Virus record (IMG/VR): IMGVR_UViG_3300043470_001272
Length of the DNA: 55,852 nucleotides
Strand: one strand, 5' to 3'
Origin: an uncultured virus (IMG/VR IMGVR_UViG_3300043470_001272)
Taxonomy: Duplodnaviria > Heunggongvirae > Uroviricota > Caudoviricetes
The notes beneath the pieces were generated by a model that was not told where the DNA came from, did not search any database, and was given only the letters and a program-made list of their open reading frames with translations. A program made the position numbers and the translations under genes. Positions 20,850 to 31,173 of this stretch are shown here, in pieces (the first letter of the stretch is position 1; every line of letters starts with the position of its first letter).

Positions 20850-21548
20850 TTAGTTATTTCTTTCAGCTCCTTCAGATCCTCTAGAGAATTGGTTTCCAGA
20901 CTCAATATCTCCGGCAAGTATACTTACAGCCTCATCAATTATTAATTCAATTATATCATCTTTAAACTCACACTGTACTTCAGCAGTAGACTGTATTCCT
21001 GTATATGGATCTACACAACCATTAATCTGGATTTTAATTGGTTGTCTGTAATAAATAAGATCAGCTTGTTGTATAGCAAATTCTCCATTAGTATAAATAT
21101 TAACATTACCTCCTTTAAGAGTAGCAAATGTTTCTGACCACTCAAAGTTTGGTTGTTTAGATTTATCTCTTAAGAGTTGATTAAGATTACCTTCTTCTGC
21201 TAAGTATACAGTCATGCGTCTTTTATCACAGCATTCTTTACCAGCATATACATCTACTCTTTTCCATTGTAAATACTCTACAGGTAAAATACTTGTATAG
21301 TAATACTCTTTGTTTACTAAACCTAAGTTAAAAGTATCCAGTAAGATCTGTAAATCATCTTTTCTTCTGGTAGATTGCTCATCACCTTCTTTAACTAAGT
21401 TAATACCATGCAATTGTCTTCTAGTCCATTCCACTTGAGCTTTATTAAAAGACTCCACAACTTGCCAGCATTCTATGTTATCATAGTCATTGGAATCCAA
21501 CTTATTGAGACGTTGCTTCATCTTTATTGTTATGGTACTATTTAGCAT
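20850..21548 (-). CDS. crAss-like ring (head-tail connector) protein
   Basis: RLNKLDSND...FNKAQ...EQSTRRKDDLQILL...YYRQP...IIDEAV. Confidence 0.75.
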   Translation of the reverse strand: MLNSTITIKMKQRLNKLDSNDYDNIECWQVVESFNKAQVEWTRRQLHGINLVKEGDEQSTRRKDDLQILLDTFNLGLVNKEYYYTSILPVEYLQWKRVDVYAGKECCDKRRMTVYLAEEGNLNQLLRDKSKQPNFEWSETFATLKGGNVNIYTNGEFAIQQADLIYYRQPIKIQINGCVDPYTGIQSTAEVQCEFKDDIIELIIDEAVSILAGDIESGNQFSRGSEGAERNN

Positions 21549-21551
21549 GTC

Positions 21552-21698
21552 TTATTTATTTTTAGCCATTTTTTTAAACGTCATTGCCAAAGCTTTTCTC
21601 TTTGGAGTACATGTAGGTTTACTCATAGGAGTACAATAACCTTTATGTTTAGGATTCACTGCTTTTTGAATCCAGTTTTTATCCTTTTTCTCAGCCAT
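21552..21698 (-). CDS. Small basic protein, 48 aa (not in the ORF track)
   Basis: MAEKKDKNWIQKAVNPKHKGYCTPMSKPTCTPKRKALAMTFKKMAKNK; fills the gap between its neighbours exactly. Confidence 0.7.
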   Translation of the reverse strand: MAEKKDKNWIQKAVNPKHKGYCTPMSKPTCTPKRKALAMTFKKMAKNK

Positions 21699-21700
21699 GA

Positions 21701-22084
21701 TTATTTCTTAACTGAGCCACCAGTTTTCTTACGCATACCTACAGGTACTGTTCCTGTACCAGAAGAAGATCTTACTCTTCCTGGAGCTGGAGAATGTTGT
21801 ACTTTTACAGAAGCACCAAATTTAGCTTTTTTCATTTTAGCACCAGCTATTCTATCTGCAGCAGTTGGATTAGGATTTTTATCTACACCAGCTTTTACAG
21901 ATAACATACCAAAAGAAGAACCACCCATTTTCATTTTAGGTTTAACAGCACCACCTTTTTTAAGAGTTCTACCTGGATCTGTTCTAGGATCATTAGAATA
22001 TTGAGGTATTACAATACCTTTTACTCCACCAGTTTGCATTTTTTTCATTTTAGTGGCTCCACCACATTGCATACATTTTGCCAT
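21701..22084 (-). CDS. Small Lys-rich protein with multiple xxGG motifs
   Basis: MQCGG, MQTGG, LKKGG, MKMGG, KKTGG. Confidence 0.75.
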   Translation of the reverse strand: MAKCMQCGGATKMKKMQTGGVKGIVIPQYSNDPRTDPGRTLKKGGAVKPKMKMGGSSFGMLSVKAGVDKNPNPTAADRIAGAKMKKAKFGASVKVQHSPAPGRVRSSSGTGTVPVGMRKKTGGSVKK

Positions 22085-22097
22085 GATATATATAGTT

Positions 22098-22370
22098 TTA
22101 ACAGTTCCATTTTTTTAGTGAAAGAGCCTTTCTAGTAGGTCTTCCTTTTTCATCCTTCATAGGACCAGGCATCCCAGACATTCTGCTACAGAAGCTCTTG
22201 CGTCTCTTAGCATCTTTACTTCCAGGTTTTAACTTAGAAGGTTTAGTAGTTACAGCTGTCTGTAATTTACTACCTGGATTAGCTGCTCTATAAGAAGCTA
22301 CTCCTTTAGCATTTAATCCTCCTTTAGGATCTTTACCTTCTTTTCTTGTCCAAGCAGCAGTCTTTGCCAT
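22098..22370 (-). CDS. Basic phage protein (DUF6321-like)
   Basis: AWTRKEGKDPKGGLNAKGVASYR...RRKSFCSRM...SLKKWNC. Confidence 0.75.
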   Translation of the reverse strand: MAKTAAWTRKEGKDPKGGLNAKGVASYRAANPGSKLQTAVTTKPSKLKPGSKDAKRRKSFCSRMSGMPGPMKDEKGRPTRKALSLKKWNC

Positions 22371-22372
22371 AA

Positions 22373-22612
22373 CTAAATTTTTTTACCTGCTGCAATACTA
22401 GTAAACTCTTTTGCTTTTTCAGCTGCCATCTTTTTTACATCAGACATTAACTTAGCATTCTTTTGTATTTCTGATGCTCTCTGTAATGTACTCATAGCAG
22501 ATTCAATTTCCCATTTTCTCATTTCATTCTTACTACCACCTAAAATGGAAATACCAACTGAAGAACTCTTCTTAGCTGGTGCTTTTTTAGTTATTGTTTT
22601 TTTAATTGCCAT
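22373..22612 (-). CDS. Small basic hypothetical protein
   Basis: Tightly packed in the operon; Lys-rich. Confidence 0.7.
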   Translation of the reverse strand: MAIKKTITKKAPAKKSSSVGISILGGSKNEMRKWEIESAMSTLQRASEIQKNAKLMSDVKKMAAEKAKEFTSIAAGKKI

Positions 22613-22614
22613 TA

Positions 22615-22953
22615 CTATACATTTTTAACTCTTCTTCCCATTCCTACTCTAGACTTCTCAGCTTTCTTAACAGCTAGTTTAGAAGGAGTTAGTTCATACT
22701 TTGTTTTTGGTGTATCTTTAGATACTTTTTTTGTAGGCCGGCAGTATTCATTTTTACCACCGGCACCACAAGCTTTTCCTGATTTTGTGTCTTGCCACTT
22801 TTCTGATTGCCATCTTTTAAGATCACTACCAGCTTTAGTTTTTCTTACTACACCTGAACCTTTACGGCATTTAGCAATAGCTTGAGAAGCTCTAGCTGAA
22901 GGAAACACAGCATACTGTGCTTTTACTTTAGTATAACAAGCATCTTTCGGCAT
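22615..22953 (-). CDS. Basic phage protein (DUF5872-like)
   Basis: KDACYTKVK...PSARAS...LKRWQSEKW...CRPTKKVSKDTPKT. Confidence 0.7.
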   Translation of the reverse strand: MPKDACYTKVKAQYAVFPSARASQAIAKCRKGSGVVRKTKAGSDLKRWQSEKWQDTKSGKACGAGGKNEYCRPTKKVSKDTPKTKYELTPSKLAVKKAEKSRVGMGRRVKNV

Positions 22954-22958
22954 GACAA

Positions 22959-23144
22959 TTATTTATTAGGTTCTGCAGTCTTAGGAGCTGTATTACCTTT
23001 TCCACCTGCCCAACCACCAGGGTTAGTTTGTACAGATACTTTACCGTTAAGTCCTGGCATAACACCTTTTGAACCTGGTATTTTTTGTACTGGTAAGTTA
23101 CCATTTAAACCTACCATAACACCACCTTTTTTAATTGTTCCCAT
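22959..23144 (-). CDS. Small Gly/Lys-rich protein with internal repeat
   Basis: GVMVGLNGNLPVQ / GVMPGLNGKVSVQ. Confidence 0.65.
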   Translation of the reverse strand: MGTIKKGGVMVGLNGNLPVQKIPGSKGVMPGLNGKVSVQTNPGGWAGGKGNTAPKTAEPNK

Positions 23145-23146
23145 AA

Positions 23147-24313
23147 TTATTTTCTTTTAGATTTTACCATACCACCTTTTCTCATTTTTTCTTTTTTTGA
23201 CTTATCAATGTTAGCATTCATTTTTTGTTCAGCTGTCATTGCTAGTTCTTTAGGTCCAGTATACTCAATAGGTTGTGCTTTTTTAATCTCCATTCTTTCT
23301 GGAGCAGCTTCTGTAGTTTTAGCTGGAGTGCTTTTAGCTTTAGAACCAGCCATTTGTTTATTAATAATAGCTTGCACTTTATCATAATCTGCACCTAATG
23401 CTTTTTTTCTATCAGCACCTGAACCATATTTACCTCTCATTACATCTTTTGCTTTTTGTTCAATAGATGTATTATCAACTTTTGTATTAGTTTTTGTAGC
23501 AGGTTTTTTCAAGTTAGTTTCTATCTTGGTAGTATTCTTACCTGTTACTGTAGCTTTAACAGCACCTATAACTTTAGAACTTGTTACTGGTTTTTTAGCA
23601 GCTGGTTTTTTACTACCCTCTCTTTCTAAACCTTCAATATAACCTTTTACAAATTTCGGATTACTTGTTTTAGTAGAGCTTTCAGCAGCTTTTTTAGCAC
23701 CATCTTTAATAGCAGTTACTTTTTTAGATGTTGTTTTCTCAGGAGTTTTTTTAGGTACTTCAGGTTTTTTAGTTTCAGTTTTTTTAACTTCTGGAGTTTT
23801 AACTGTACTAGCAGCTTTTTTAGCTCCAGTTTTTATTGCTGTTCCTTTTTTCTTATCACCTTGAGAATAATCATATAGTTTTTTTCCACCATAAGCTAGA
23901 GCAGCCACTGTACCAGCAATTAATGCAGCTTTACCAGCTTTACTACCTTTACTAGCTTTTTTAGTTACATCAGTAAAGTCTGTGTACTTAGGAAATTGTT
24001 TACTGTAAATTCCATCAGATACTTTTTTTGATGATATTGTAACTTTAGGTTTAACAACTGCAGGAGCTTTACTACTATTATTAGGTTTTGCTACAGCTGT
24101 AGATTTATTACTTTTAACAGCAGGATAATTAGTACCTGATTTAACTACGGCTGTAGAAGGAGCTTTTTTAGAAACATTTTCTGCAGCTTTTTGACCATAT
24201 GATTTTACAGATTGAGTAGCTTTTTTAAAAGCATCACTAGCTGTATTTTTTGTTTTAGCTGGTAAGTTAAAACTCATTTGGAGTTGTTTACCAGTTATTT
24301 TTTTCTTTGCCAT
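23147..24313 (-). CDS. Histone-H1-like Lys/Ala-rich protein with one hydrophobic helix and a Cpl-7-like motif
   Basis: Low-complexity K/A/T/P; AKDVMRGKYGSGADRKKALGADYDKVQAIIN resembles a CW_7 repeat; ends MRKGG. Confidence 0.65.
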   Translation of the reverse strand: MAKKKITGKQLQMSFNLPAKTKNTASDAFKKATQSVKSYGQKAAENVSKKAPSTAVVKSGTNYPAVKSNKSTAVAKPNNSSKAPAVVKPKVTISSKKVSDGIYSKQFPKYTDFTDVTKKASKGSKAGKAALIAGTVAALAYGGKKLYDYSQGDKKKGTAIKTGAKKAASTVKTPEVKKTETKKPEVPKKTPEKTTSKKVTAIKDGAKKAAESSTKTSNPKFVKGYIEGLEREGSKKPAAKKPVTSSKVIGAVKATVTGKNTTKIETNLKKPATKTNTKVDNTSIEQKAKDVMRGKYGSGADRKKALGADYDKVQAIINKQMAGSKAKSTPAKTTEAAPERMEIKKAQPIEYTGPKELAMTAEQKMNANIDKSKKEKMRKGGMVKSKRK

Positions 24314-24325
24314 TTTATTTTAAAT

Positions 24326-25345
24326 TTAAGAGTTCCAATACTTTTCACAAGCAGTGTTTAGATCTTTTAAAACATCCTCATTTAAAGGGTTTTTCAAGTG
24401 CTCTACTACATCTGACACATTTCTTCCAAGCATTGAGCCTGTCTTAGTGTGGTAGATATAACCATCTGCCTTATTAATAATATACTTAAAAAATACGGAA
24501 TCTCTAACAATTGATTTAATTTTTAATGATTCCATATCCATTGCTGCAGTTTCTGTGAAGGATTTAGCAGCTCTTTCCTTATTGGTTTCTCCTCCATCAC
24601 CACTGATATATCTATCCATGTTTTCATAGATAACATCTAATGGTGTAGATTTTCTATATTGTGTACTATTGATATCTACAACTTTTGCAATGTAGAATAA
24701 CTTAGTACTGTTTTTGTCAAATAATTTTTGAAGTTCAGCTAATGCTTTGTTACGGAGTTTTTTGTACTCTGTTCTAACCATAACTGTTTCTTCTTCTTTA
24801 TCTAAATAAAATTTAGGTGGTACCGCTCTTGCTCTTGCATCATCATAACTTTTAGCAATAATTGAGAACCCTCCTGCTTCTATAGCATGTAATTTAATTC
24901 TGTCATATGGATTTGTAGGATCTAAGTAAACCGGATCATTACCACATGCAACTTCAATCTTATTCCAAAATGTTGAGTTATCAGGTCTCAATAAAGTTAC
25001 TTGATTCCAGAACATTGGATCTTCAATATCTAGCACATTAGCAGCTAATTCTTTTTCTAACTCTGCTACTGATGTTCTAATTTCTCTTACTCTTGCTTCT
25101 CTATCTTCAGCATTAAGTAATTTAATTTCTGGTGCAAATTCATTTAAACCAGTAATGTATCTTACTACACCGTTATTTTCTAAACATGCAAGTTGTTCAT
25201 GATGTTTTACTCCATCATAAAGACTCATGTTATAAGTTTCCAGACCCATATTGGATACTGAACTGTCAAAGAACGGACGTACTGTAATAGCTGTTTTTCT
25301 AATACTACCGCGCCCGGTTTCTACCATTGTAAATTGTGTTTCCAT
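24326..25345 (-). CDS. Conserved crAss-like protein downstream of the major capsid gene
   Basis: RYITGL...FW...LDPTNPYD...GSMLGRNVSDVVEHLKNPLN; synteny. Confidence 0.7.
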   Translation of the reverse strand: METQFTMVETGRGSIRKTAITVRPFFDSSVSNMGLETYNMSLYDGVKHHEQLACLENNGVVRYITGLNEFAPEIKLLNAEDREARVREIRTSVAELEKELAANVLDIEDPMFWNQVTLLRPDNSTFWNKIEVACGNDPVYLDPTNPYDRIKLHAIEAGGFSIIAKSYDDARARAVPPKFYLDKEEETVMVRTEYKKLRNKALAELQKLFDKNSTKLFYIAKVVDINSTQYRKSTPLDVIYENMDRYISGDGGETNKERAAKSFTETAAMDMESLKIKSIVRDSVFFKYIINKADGYIYHTKTGSMLGRNVSDVVEHLKNPLNEDVLKDLNTACEKYWNS

Positions 25346-25385
25346 TTTGTTGTTGGTTTGTTTGTTGTTAGTTTACTTTTTTATT

Positions 25386-25421
25386 AAAAAAGCACAGAGC
25401 ATCATTAATGACACCCTGTGC
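25386..25421 (-). terminator. Terminator after the major capsid gene
   Basis: GCACAG/CTGTGC stem plus T tract on the minus strand. Confidence 0.65.
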
Positions 25422-25436
25422 AATTTATTTTTTTAA

Positions 25437-27056
25437 TTAGAATGATCCACCAGTGATTGGGTTTCTCATAACAATCTTAAGAACCTTTGTAGGATCTTTA
25501 ACCCAAATAGCTGGCATTGTTTGAGACATCATTACACGGTAACCATTGAACTGTCCAGAAGATTGGAATCCTTGTGTACGACCCATGTAGTCCATAGTAC
25601 CATTTTGATACCACCATTTCAATTGGTTATCCCAGCTTAATTTCAACAAGAAGATGTTGTCATTAGTATTATCTGTGATATCAAAGATAATGAATGAATA
25701 AGAAGATAATGGGAAACCATCAATGATTGGGTTCTCAATGTCATTAGTATGAACATTGTCAAATGCTGGGTTCAATACAAACTTAACATTTGCCAAGAAA
25801 GGAATTACATAAGAAGTGTAAGCAAATCCAAAGTTCAAGTCCATACCTTTACCAGTGATTGCACCTATGTCAGCAGCTTGAATTAACAAACCTGAAGATA
25901 CTGCTTCACGTTTAATAGCTTCATTTACCATTCTCATTCCACCCATACCAGTTTGAACTACTAATGAGCGTTTTGGATCTGGACCTTGGAACTCAACTTT
26001 ACCATTAAAGAAGTTGTAGATTTCTCCACGGAACAAATCTAATGTAAAGTTATTTTTATTGTATACTCTTTTGAAAGAGTTATCCAACTGTTTCCAAAGA
26101 CCTACAGATAATCTAACATCATCTGGTCCATCTTGACGAACTCTACCACCATGACCCCACATTAAGTAAGTCTCAATGTCACTTGCTACTTTAGATAAGT
26201 GAGCAGATTCCATAGATGTCAAGAAAGTTCTTGATAAATCTCCATTATCAAATGCTTTTTTAACTTTGTCTTTACCTAATTTTTTGATCATGTCTTCTAA
26301 AGAAGTAATAGAAGGATCAATGTTTTTATCAAATGTTCTCCAGATCTCAGTTACAGGAACTGTACCATCTGCATTCATTCCACCTTTGATCATCAAGTCA
26401 GCACGGCTAGAGATAGAATAATGTACGTGAGCTTCAGCACCACCAACAAAGTTATAGAATTCACGGAATCCTGTTCTTGTTGTAATGTCAGAGAATCTTT
26501 CACCATACTCACCTCTTGCAGAACCTTTACGGAATACTTTAGTACCATTAGCTAAATACTTGTTATCTAAGTATTTGTAGTTCTCATTGTTAACCAACTG
26601 TACCGTATAGATATAAGCATCACCAAGTGGTAAGATATCTTCAGAAGGAACTACATATAACTCAGCTCCGTTGTATTTGTCATATGTAAAGATATCACCA
26701 TGACCAAACTCACGTCTGCTTAACTTGATACGGAAGGTTGTACCTTCAATACCTTTAAAGTTGTTATCTGGTTCAATATCCTCAACAATGTAAGGTAAGT
26801 CTACAGACACTGGAGTCTGCCACTTATACTCACCACGAGCATTATCAACCATGATTACATTCTTGCCACCAAATGAAGACATTTGATAAAGTGGCATTTC
26901 AACTTTCTGAGCCATAGCCCATAAGTCTACTGGACCTAAATCCATAGGTTCAGCATCTTTCAGCATGTTAACCAAGTGGTATGAATCCACATGGGAACTT
27001 GCCTGATACGAGGTATCCCGGAGGAATATACCATTGTTTAAAACTGGAGTTGCCAT
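25437..27056 (-). CDS. Major capsid protein (crAss-like)
   Basis: 539 aa, strongly optimised codons, order portal-scaffold-MCP; VQTGMGGM and KDPTK motifs. Confidence 0.85.
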   Translation of the reverse strand: MATPVLNNGIFLRDTSYQASSHVDSYHLVNMLKDAEPMDLGPVDLWAMAQKVEMPLYQMSSFGGKNVIMVDNARGEYKWQTPVSVDLPYIVEDIEPDNNFKGIEGTTFRIKLSRREFGHGDIFTYDKYNGAELYVVPSEDILPLGDAYIYTVQLVNNENYKYLDNKYLANGTKVFRKGSARGEYGERFSDITTRTGFREFYNFVGGAEAHVHYSISSRADLMIKGGMNADGTVPVTEIWRTFDKNIDPSITSLEDMIKKLGKDKVKKAFDNGDLSRTFLTSMESAHLSKVASDIETYLMWGHGGRVRQDGPDDVRLSVGLWKQLDNSFKRVYNKNNFTLDLFRGEIYNFFNGKVEFQGPDPKRSLVVQTGMGGMRMVNEAIKREAVSSGLLIQAADIGAITGKGMDLNFGFAYTSYVIPFLANVKFVLNPAFDNVHTNDIENPIIDGFPLSSYSFIIFDITDNTNDNIFLLKLSWDNQLKWWYQNGTMDYMGRTQGFQSSGQFNGYRVMMSQTMPAIWVKDPTKVLKIVMRNPITGGSF

Positions 27057-27083
27057 TTTTATTATTTATTTAATTGTTACTAT

Positions 27084-28328
27084 TTAAAATCTTCTAAACA
27101 TATTAGTAGGTCTAGAAATTGTTTTTTGAGAAGGTTTACTTGATCTTGTACTAGTCTCTTCTTGAATAATTGAGTTAGTACTTTTTCTACCTTCTTCTGT
27201 TTTTAATTGTCTTACTGTTTTTTCTACAGCAGCTTTAGTACCTTGATCTTTAATCTTAGCTTTATAACCAGCAGGATCAGCTAATAACCAAAGAGCCTCT
27301 GCAATAAGGTCATGTCTTGGTTCTACAAACTGATACTTCTCTAACAAATGTCCTAACATGTTTGTAGGTTTTCCTGATATAGATGGATAACTTGGTTGTA
27401 CCAAACCTGAGTATAACATGTTTTGTACTTTCTTATCTAACTTAACACCATCTAGTTCTCCAGTTACAAGTGTGTTATATACATTATCTGTATATGCTTT
27501 TGCGGCTTCAGCTTGTTGTTCTTTTCTTGCTTCTTGTTCTGCTAGTTGTCTTGCAACAATTTCTTCTTGCATTCTATCTAACTTAGGTTTGAACTGATTA
27601 GCTTTTTGTTCTAATTTACCAAGGTCTGCCCAATCCTCAACTTCTGCTTCAATTTCTTCTGCTGTTCCAAAGTTTGTAGCATAAAGATATTGTCTTGCAA
27701 TTTCTGCTTGATCTTGATCATCTGCTGGATCAAGTTGTCTCATTTCCTCTACATAAGCAAGAGTTCTAAAAAGACCTTTTAAATCTTGACCACCATCTGC
27801 AACATATTTAGCTGCATATTGTAATTCTTCAGGAAGAGAATTAAAAAACTCTTTAGGAGTATTTTTTTTAATTTTTTCTTCTCTCTCTTTAAAGTTAGCT
27901 TCTAATAATTCTCTGAAGTCTTTAGTAGTATATTCTTCTAAAGGTTTTTCATCATCAAATGGTATTAACTCACCATCTTCAATCATTTTAGTAGCAAGTT
28001 CATGTAAACCAGATTTATCAATCTTTGGTCTACCTTTATTACCTGCTTCTTCTTCTTGAACAATTAAGCCTTCTAATTCAGCAATAGTTTCTTCTACTTC
28101 TTGCTTCTTTTCTGCTTCTTCTTCTTTTTCTTCTTTAGTAGCTGCTGGTTTGTCAAAGAACGTAAGATCTGTAGTTTCTTTAGTAAACATAGATTTTGGT
28201 TTCTCATCTGCAGGTAACATAATATTATCTGCACCTGGATTACCAAATATCTCATCAATATTTACATCTACCTGGTCTACCGTTGTAGACTCTTGTACCT
28301 CATTGAGGTTTTTGGTTTCTTCACTCAT
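27084..28328 (-). CDS. Scaffolding-like acidic coiled-coil protein
   Basis: E-rich, helical, between portal and MCP; start taken at MSEETK because the promoter motif overlaps the 28355 start. Confidence 0.7.
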   Translation of the reverse strand: MSEETKNLNEVQESTTVDQVDVNIDEIFGNPGADNIMLPADEKPKSMFTKETTDLTFFDKPAATKEEKEEEAEKKQEVEETIAELEGLIVQEEEAGNKGRPKIDKSGLHELATKMIEDGELIPFDDEKPLEEYTTKDFRELLEANFKEREEKIKKNTPKEFFNSLPEELQYAAKYVADGGQDLKGLFRTLAYVEEMRQLDPADDQDQAEIARQYLYATNFGTAEEIEAEVEDWADLGKLEQKANQFKPKLDRMQEEIVARQLAEQEARKEQQAEAAKAYTDNVYNTLVTGELDGVKLDKKVQNMLYSGLVQPSYPSISGKPTNMLGHLLEKYQFVEPRHDLIAEALWLLADPAGYKAKIKDQGTKAAVEKTVRQLKTEEGRKSTNSIIQEETSTRSSKPSQKTISRPTNMFRRF

Positions 28329-28413
28329 TTTTGTTGGTTTTAATTTATAATTCAATATACTAAATAAACTTGATAAATTTAAAAGTTAATTACACTTTTC
28401 TCTGCATATATAG

Positions 28414-31167
28414 CTAACTAGACTTCTTTTTATTTTCAGAAGGTTTATCAAATTTGTTTTTATTCACTCTAGCTATTTCTAACTGCTTGTTTGCTATGTC
28501 TTGTTGAGTCTGTAATTTTCTTTCTTCTAAGTTCATTTTCTGAGCTTGTCTCATATTTTCATTAGATTGTTTTTCTCTTTGAAGATTACTTTGTTCTCTA
28601 TATTGTTCAGTTTGTCTGATTTCTTTCATAGCATCTTGGTAATCATTTTCTTTATTTTGATTTATATCTACCATTGATCCCATACCCGCGGCTCTGATTT
28701 CAGCAACAAGAATATCTCTTTCTCTATTTTTCTCAGCTTCTAAAGCTTCTGCATCAAGTTTCATTTTTTGTTGTTCAGCATTTGCTTGCAATTGTTGTTC
28801 TTGTAACTGTTGTGCTTGTTGCATTTCAGCTTGTTTTTGTTCTTGTTGTTTTGCTTCAGAACTTTTTAATGTATTGTTTAACTCAGCAATTGAATCTGAC
28901 TGAACTATTTTACCTAAGTCATAAACAGAAGCTCCAGTAGTATTATTCTGCATTGCCATTTGTTTTAACTGTTCTAGAACAGATCTATGATTTGCATTAG
29001 TACTACAGAAGATGTTTAAATCTCTCATTAATAAATCTGTACCATTTATTTGGAAGTTTACTTTTTCATCAGCTGTTGATGTATATGTTAATCTAGTAGA
29101 TGGTTTTGTAGAGTTATAGTACTGTGCTAAGTCTGTTCTCATTTGATGCACTCTAGGCATTAAGTAATCACAGTGTTGAATAAAGAATACCTCTGTCTGT
29201 GCATAAGATGCAGCAGCAGCTTGTTCTACTCCTGTAGCAGTCATCTGAGCAACTTGTTGACCCATTCTTTGTGGATTAACACCTATTACTTCATAAGCTT
29301 GTTGTTTAAAATGATTAGCTAATTGTACTCTTGACATTAATCTTTCTGTCTGAGAAAGATCTAATTTCTGGAAATGATTAAAGTTTAATGCATTCTCTGT
29401 ATTAGTGATAGATGTATCTAATGGTAACATCTGAAAATTCTTCATTGCTACATATGCTTTAGCATAATTTCCTTTACCCCAGTCTTCTCCTAATGAATGT
29501 CTAGGGAGAGAATTCTGATCAAGCATAATTACTGTACCAAGTTCATCCACTAATATGTCAGCAATTTGATTATTAACAATGTTATATCCAATCTGGTATG
29601 GTTTCATTAAATCAATTAATGCTGTAGATTTTGTATTTCTATCTGAAAATACAGATCCTTCTACTGGAAGTTTACAACCATAAAGAGAGTTATCTCCTTT
29701 AAATTGGAATCTTAAAGGACCAATATGATTTTTATCTATACCTAAATACAATGGAGAAAAGCCACCTGGATTATTCATACCCCAGAAACTTGGAATATTT
29801 GGTCCAATCTTTACACCACCCCATACTTCATTAATCCAAATCCAATCTATATGTTCTCCATATATAACATTGTCTTTGGTTTTGTTTTTCATTAATCTTG
29901 TATCATAAATAGGATTATCTTCTACTTTATAATCTTCAGTAATAATTTCATTTATTACTTCACCATTTTCAGCTATTTTAGTTAAATGTCCTATTTTTCT
30001 TTGAGACTTCCAGTATACTGTAGAAACTCTTAATAAGTAAGTAGTACCTGTATCAATATAATCTTCACCCTCTGATAGAATTTGATTAACAATATCTCCT
30101 CCATCTAATACAGTACCATTCATAGCAGATGTATATTGTCTATATGCTAATGAAGGCATATTAGTATTCCATTCATGGGATTTAGTACCATCATAGAATG
30201 AACCATCATTTTGATAACCACCAATAGTATAACCAGCAGATCTAACAGGATATATTTGTTCTAAAGCTTCAACTTGATCTTCTGTCATTATATATCCATA
30301 CTTATCAATTACATCAGCTACAGTCATCATATCTGTTTTACCTACCCAATGTGCTTGTGATATATATCTAGTATCTGGAGACTTGTGATAAAAAGTAACT
30401 ACTGGATTCCATAATTCTACTTCATAATCATCTTCCATCATACGGAAATGCCAGAACTCTCTGTCTGTAATAAGCATATCTCTGAACCCTCTTTCTTCAA
30501 GTTCTTCCATACCAAATCTTTCAACATCTACTTTATGTTGGTGACTAGCCCATTGTTCTACCATAGATCTATAATCTTTTTTGTAAAAAGATTCTATTTC
30601 AGGAAGACTCTTAAGTTTTTCAGGAGACAATTCTTGTTGTGCTTCTTCTGATTCTGGATCTAAACCTTGTTCTAATAAAGCAGCTGTTATTTTAATTTGT
30701 GCATCTGCCATTAAAACTTCTTCTACATCTTTTCTTTTTTGCTCTAGCATTTCATTATATGAAAACTCATCTACAGCTCTGTAAGAAAGTTTTGTACTTC
30801 TTTTAGCAAACTCTGCAACAAGAACATTTATTACATTTGGTATAATAGGATAGAACTTTAACTCTAAAGCAGACTGATCTTCTTTAGTAAGTACTTCTAC
30901 AATATCTCTGTAATCATTATCTTCTTCTACTATATAGTCAGATTTATCTATAATACCTTTTGCAAGTTTATAATTTTTCATAAGCCTGCGGGCATTTCTA
31001 CGGATCTGTTTTAAACCATTCCATTCATACCAGTCTAAGTTCCAAGCTGCCCACTCATCATTTTTTTCTTTTCTTGGTAAAAATTGTAATGGTTGGGTAA
31101 TACTACCCATTCTATTATATTCAGTCTTAGCACCCTTTTTTGCTTGTAAAGCATTTATAACTTGCAT
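28414..31167 (-). CDS. Portal protein
   Basis: 917 aa, YPIIPNVINVLVAE, LIDLMKPYQIGYNIVNNQ and GVNPQRMGQ motifs; directly after terminase. Confidence 0.88.
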   Translation of the reverse strand: MQVINALQAKKGAKTEYNRMGSITQPLQFLPRKEKNDEWAAWNLDWYEWNGLKQIRRNARRLMKNYKLAKGIIDKSDYIVEEDNDYRDIVEVLTKEDQSALELKFYPIIPNVINVLVAEFAKRSTKLSYRAVDEFSYNEMLEQKRKDVEEVLMADAQIKITAALLEQGLDPESEEAQQELSPEKLKSLPEIESFYKKDYRSMVEQWASHQHKVDVERFGMEELEERGFRDMLITDREFWHFRMMEDDYEVELWNPVVTFYHKSPDTRYISQAHWVGKTDMMTVADVIDKYGYIMTEDQVEALEQIYPVRSAGYTIGGYQNDGSFYDGTKSHEWNTNMPSLAYRQYTSAMNGTVLDGGDIVNQILSEGEDYIDTGTTYLLRVSTVYWKSQRKIGHLTKIAENGEVINEIITEDYKVEDNPIYDTRLMKNKTKDNVIYGEHIDWIWINEVWGGVKIGPNIPSFWGMNNPGGFSPLYLGIDKNHIGPLRFQFKGDNSLYGCKLPVEGSVFSDRNTKSTALIDLMKPYQIGYNIVNNQIADILVDELGTVIMLDQNSLPRHSLGEDWGKGNYAKAYVAMKNFQMLPLDTSITNTENALNFNHFQKLDLSQTERLMSRVQLANHFKQQAYEVIGVNPQRMGQQVAQMTATGVEQAAAASYAQTEVFFIQHCDYLMPRVHQMRTDLAQYYNSTKPSTRLTYTSTADEKVNFQINGTDLLMRDLNIFCSTNANHRSVLEQLKQMAMQNNTTGASVYDLGKIVQSDSIAELNNTLKSSEAKQQEQKQAEMQQAQQLQEQQLQANAEQQKMKLDAEALEAEKNRERDILVAEIRAAGMGSMVDINQNKENDYQDAMKEIRQTEQYREQSNLQREKQSNENMRQAQKMNLEERKLQTQQDIANKQLEIARVNKNKFDKPSENKKKSS

Positions 31168-31173
31168 AATTTT

